Origin: Octopus bimaculoides
Taxonomy: Eukaryota
NCBI RefSeq assembly: GCF_001194135.2
Contig: NC_069004.1
Location: forward strand, 12,782,067-12,814,438
Length of the DNA stretch: 32,372 bases
Reading direction: 5' to 3'
Both the position numbers and the translations under genes were made by a program. The notes under the pieces were generated by a model, which ran no database searches, was not told where the DNA came from, and was given only the letters and a program-made list of their open reading frames with translations. Positions within the stretch are counted from its first letter, which is position 1; each line of letters begins with the position of its first letter. This document shows positions 32,032-32,372 of this stretch, one piece after another.

Positions 32032-32172
32032 GGTGGCGAGCTGGCAGAAACGTTAGCATACTGGGCGAAATGCTTAGCGGTATTTCGTCTGTCAAATTTT
32101 GCCGAGGTCGACTTTACCTTTCATCCTTTCGGGGTTAATAAATTAAGTACCAGTTGTGTACTGGGTCAATCT
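32032..32172 (+). mobile_element. SINE family C copy (3'-truncated)
   Basis: ggtggcgagctggcagaaacgttagc..gccgaggtcgactttacctttcatcctttcgggg. Confidence 0.88.
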
Positions 32173-32179
32173 TATTTCT

Positions 32180-32372
32180 GTATTGCCCGCAAGGAGCTAA
32201 ACATAGAGGGGAGAAACAAGGACAGACAAAGGGATTAAGTTGATTATATCGACCCCAGTGCGTAACTGGTACTTAATTTATCGACCCCAAAAGGATGAAA
32301 GGCAAAGTCGACCTCGGCGGAATTTGAACTCAGAATGTAACAGCAGACGAAATACCGCTAAGCATTTCACCC
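32180..32372 (-). mobile_element. SINE family C copy, inverted relative to 32032-32172, runs off the window
   Basis: Reverse complement of the adjacent copy; B-box-like GAGTTCAAATTCC on the minus strand. Confidence 0.88.

Overview
AT-rich, gap-ridden eukaryotic scaffold (seven N-gaps: 1530-2065, 6272-7031, 7911-8010, 8770-8903, 21639-21738, 22768-23595, 27336-28189). It is saturated with microsatellites, tRNA-derived SINEs and 5'-truncated RTE LINE ends. By recognition of the repeat families this is most likely an octopus genome (inference). The only host gene I can support is an MGAT5 (GnT-V, alpha-1,6-mannosylglycoprotein 6-beta-N-acetylglucosaminyltransferase) homolog. Seven GT-AG exons splice in compatible phases into a stop-free ~245-aa stem/early catalytic segment. 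Four exons lie on the minus strand (15341->9127) and the next three on the plus strand (24641->29646). The minus-strand block sits between two exactly-100-N gaps, so a mis-oriented scaffold block (8011-21638) is the most likely cause. The N-terminal transmembrane exon and the rest of the catalytic domain were not found. Intronic cargo includes an intron-containing DD34E Tc1 relic with long TIRs, a fused RTE/CR1-like LINE fragment, an internally deleted Helitron and a mariner fragment. There are also minimal hammerhead-ribozyme-like motifs (one as a perfect 78-bp palindrome), several fold-back hairpins, minisatellites and a 357-bp near-identical local duplication. Repeat boundaries are approximate; exon boundaries were read base by base.
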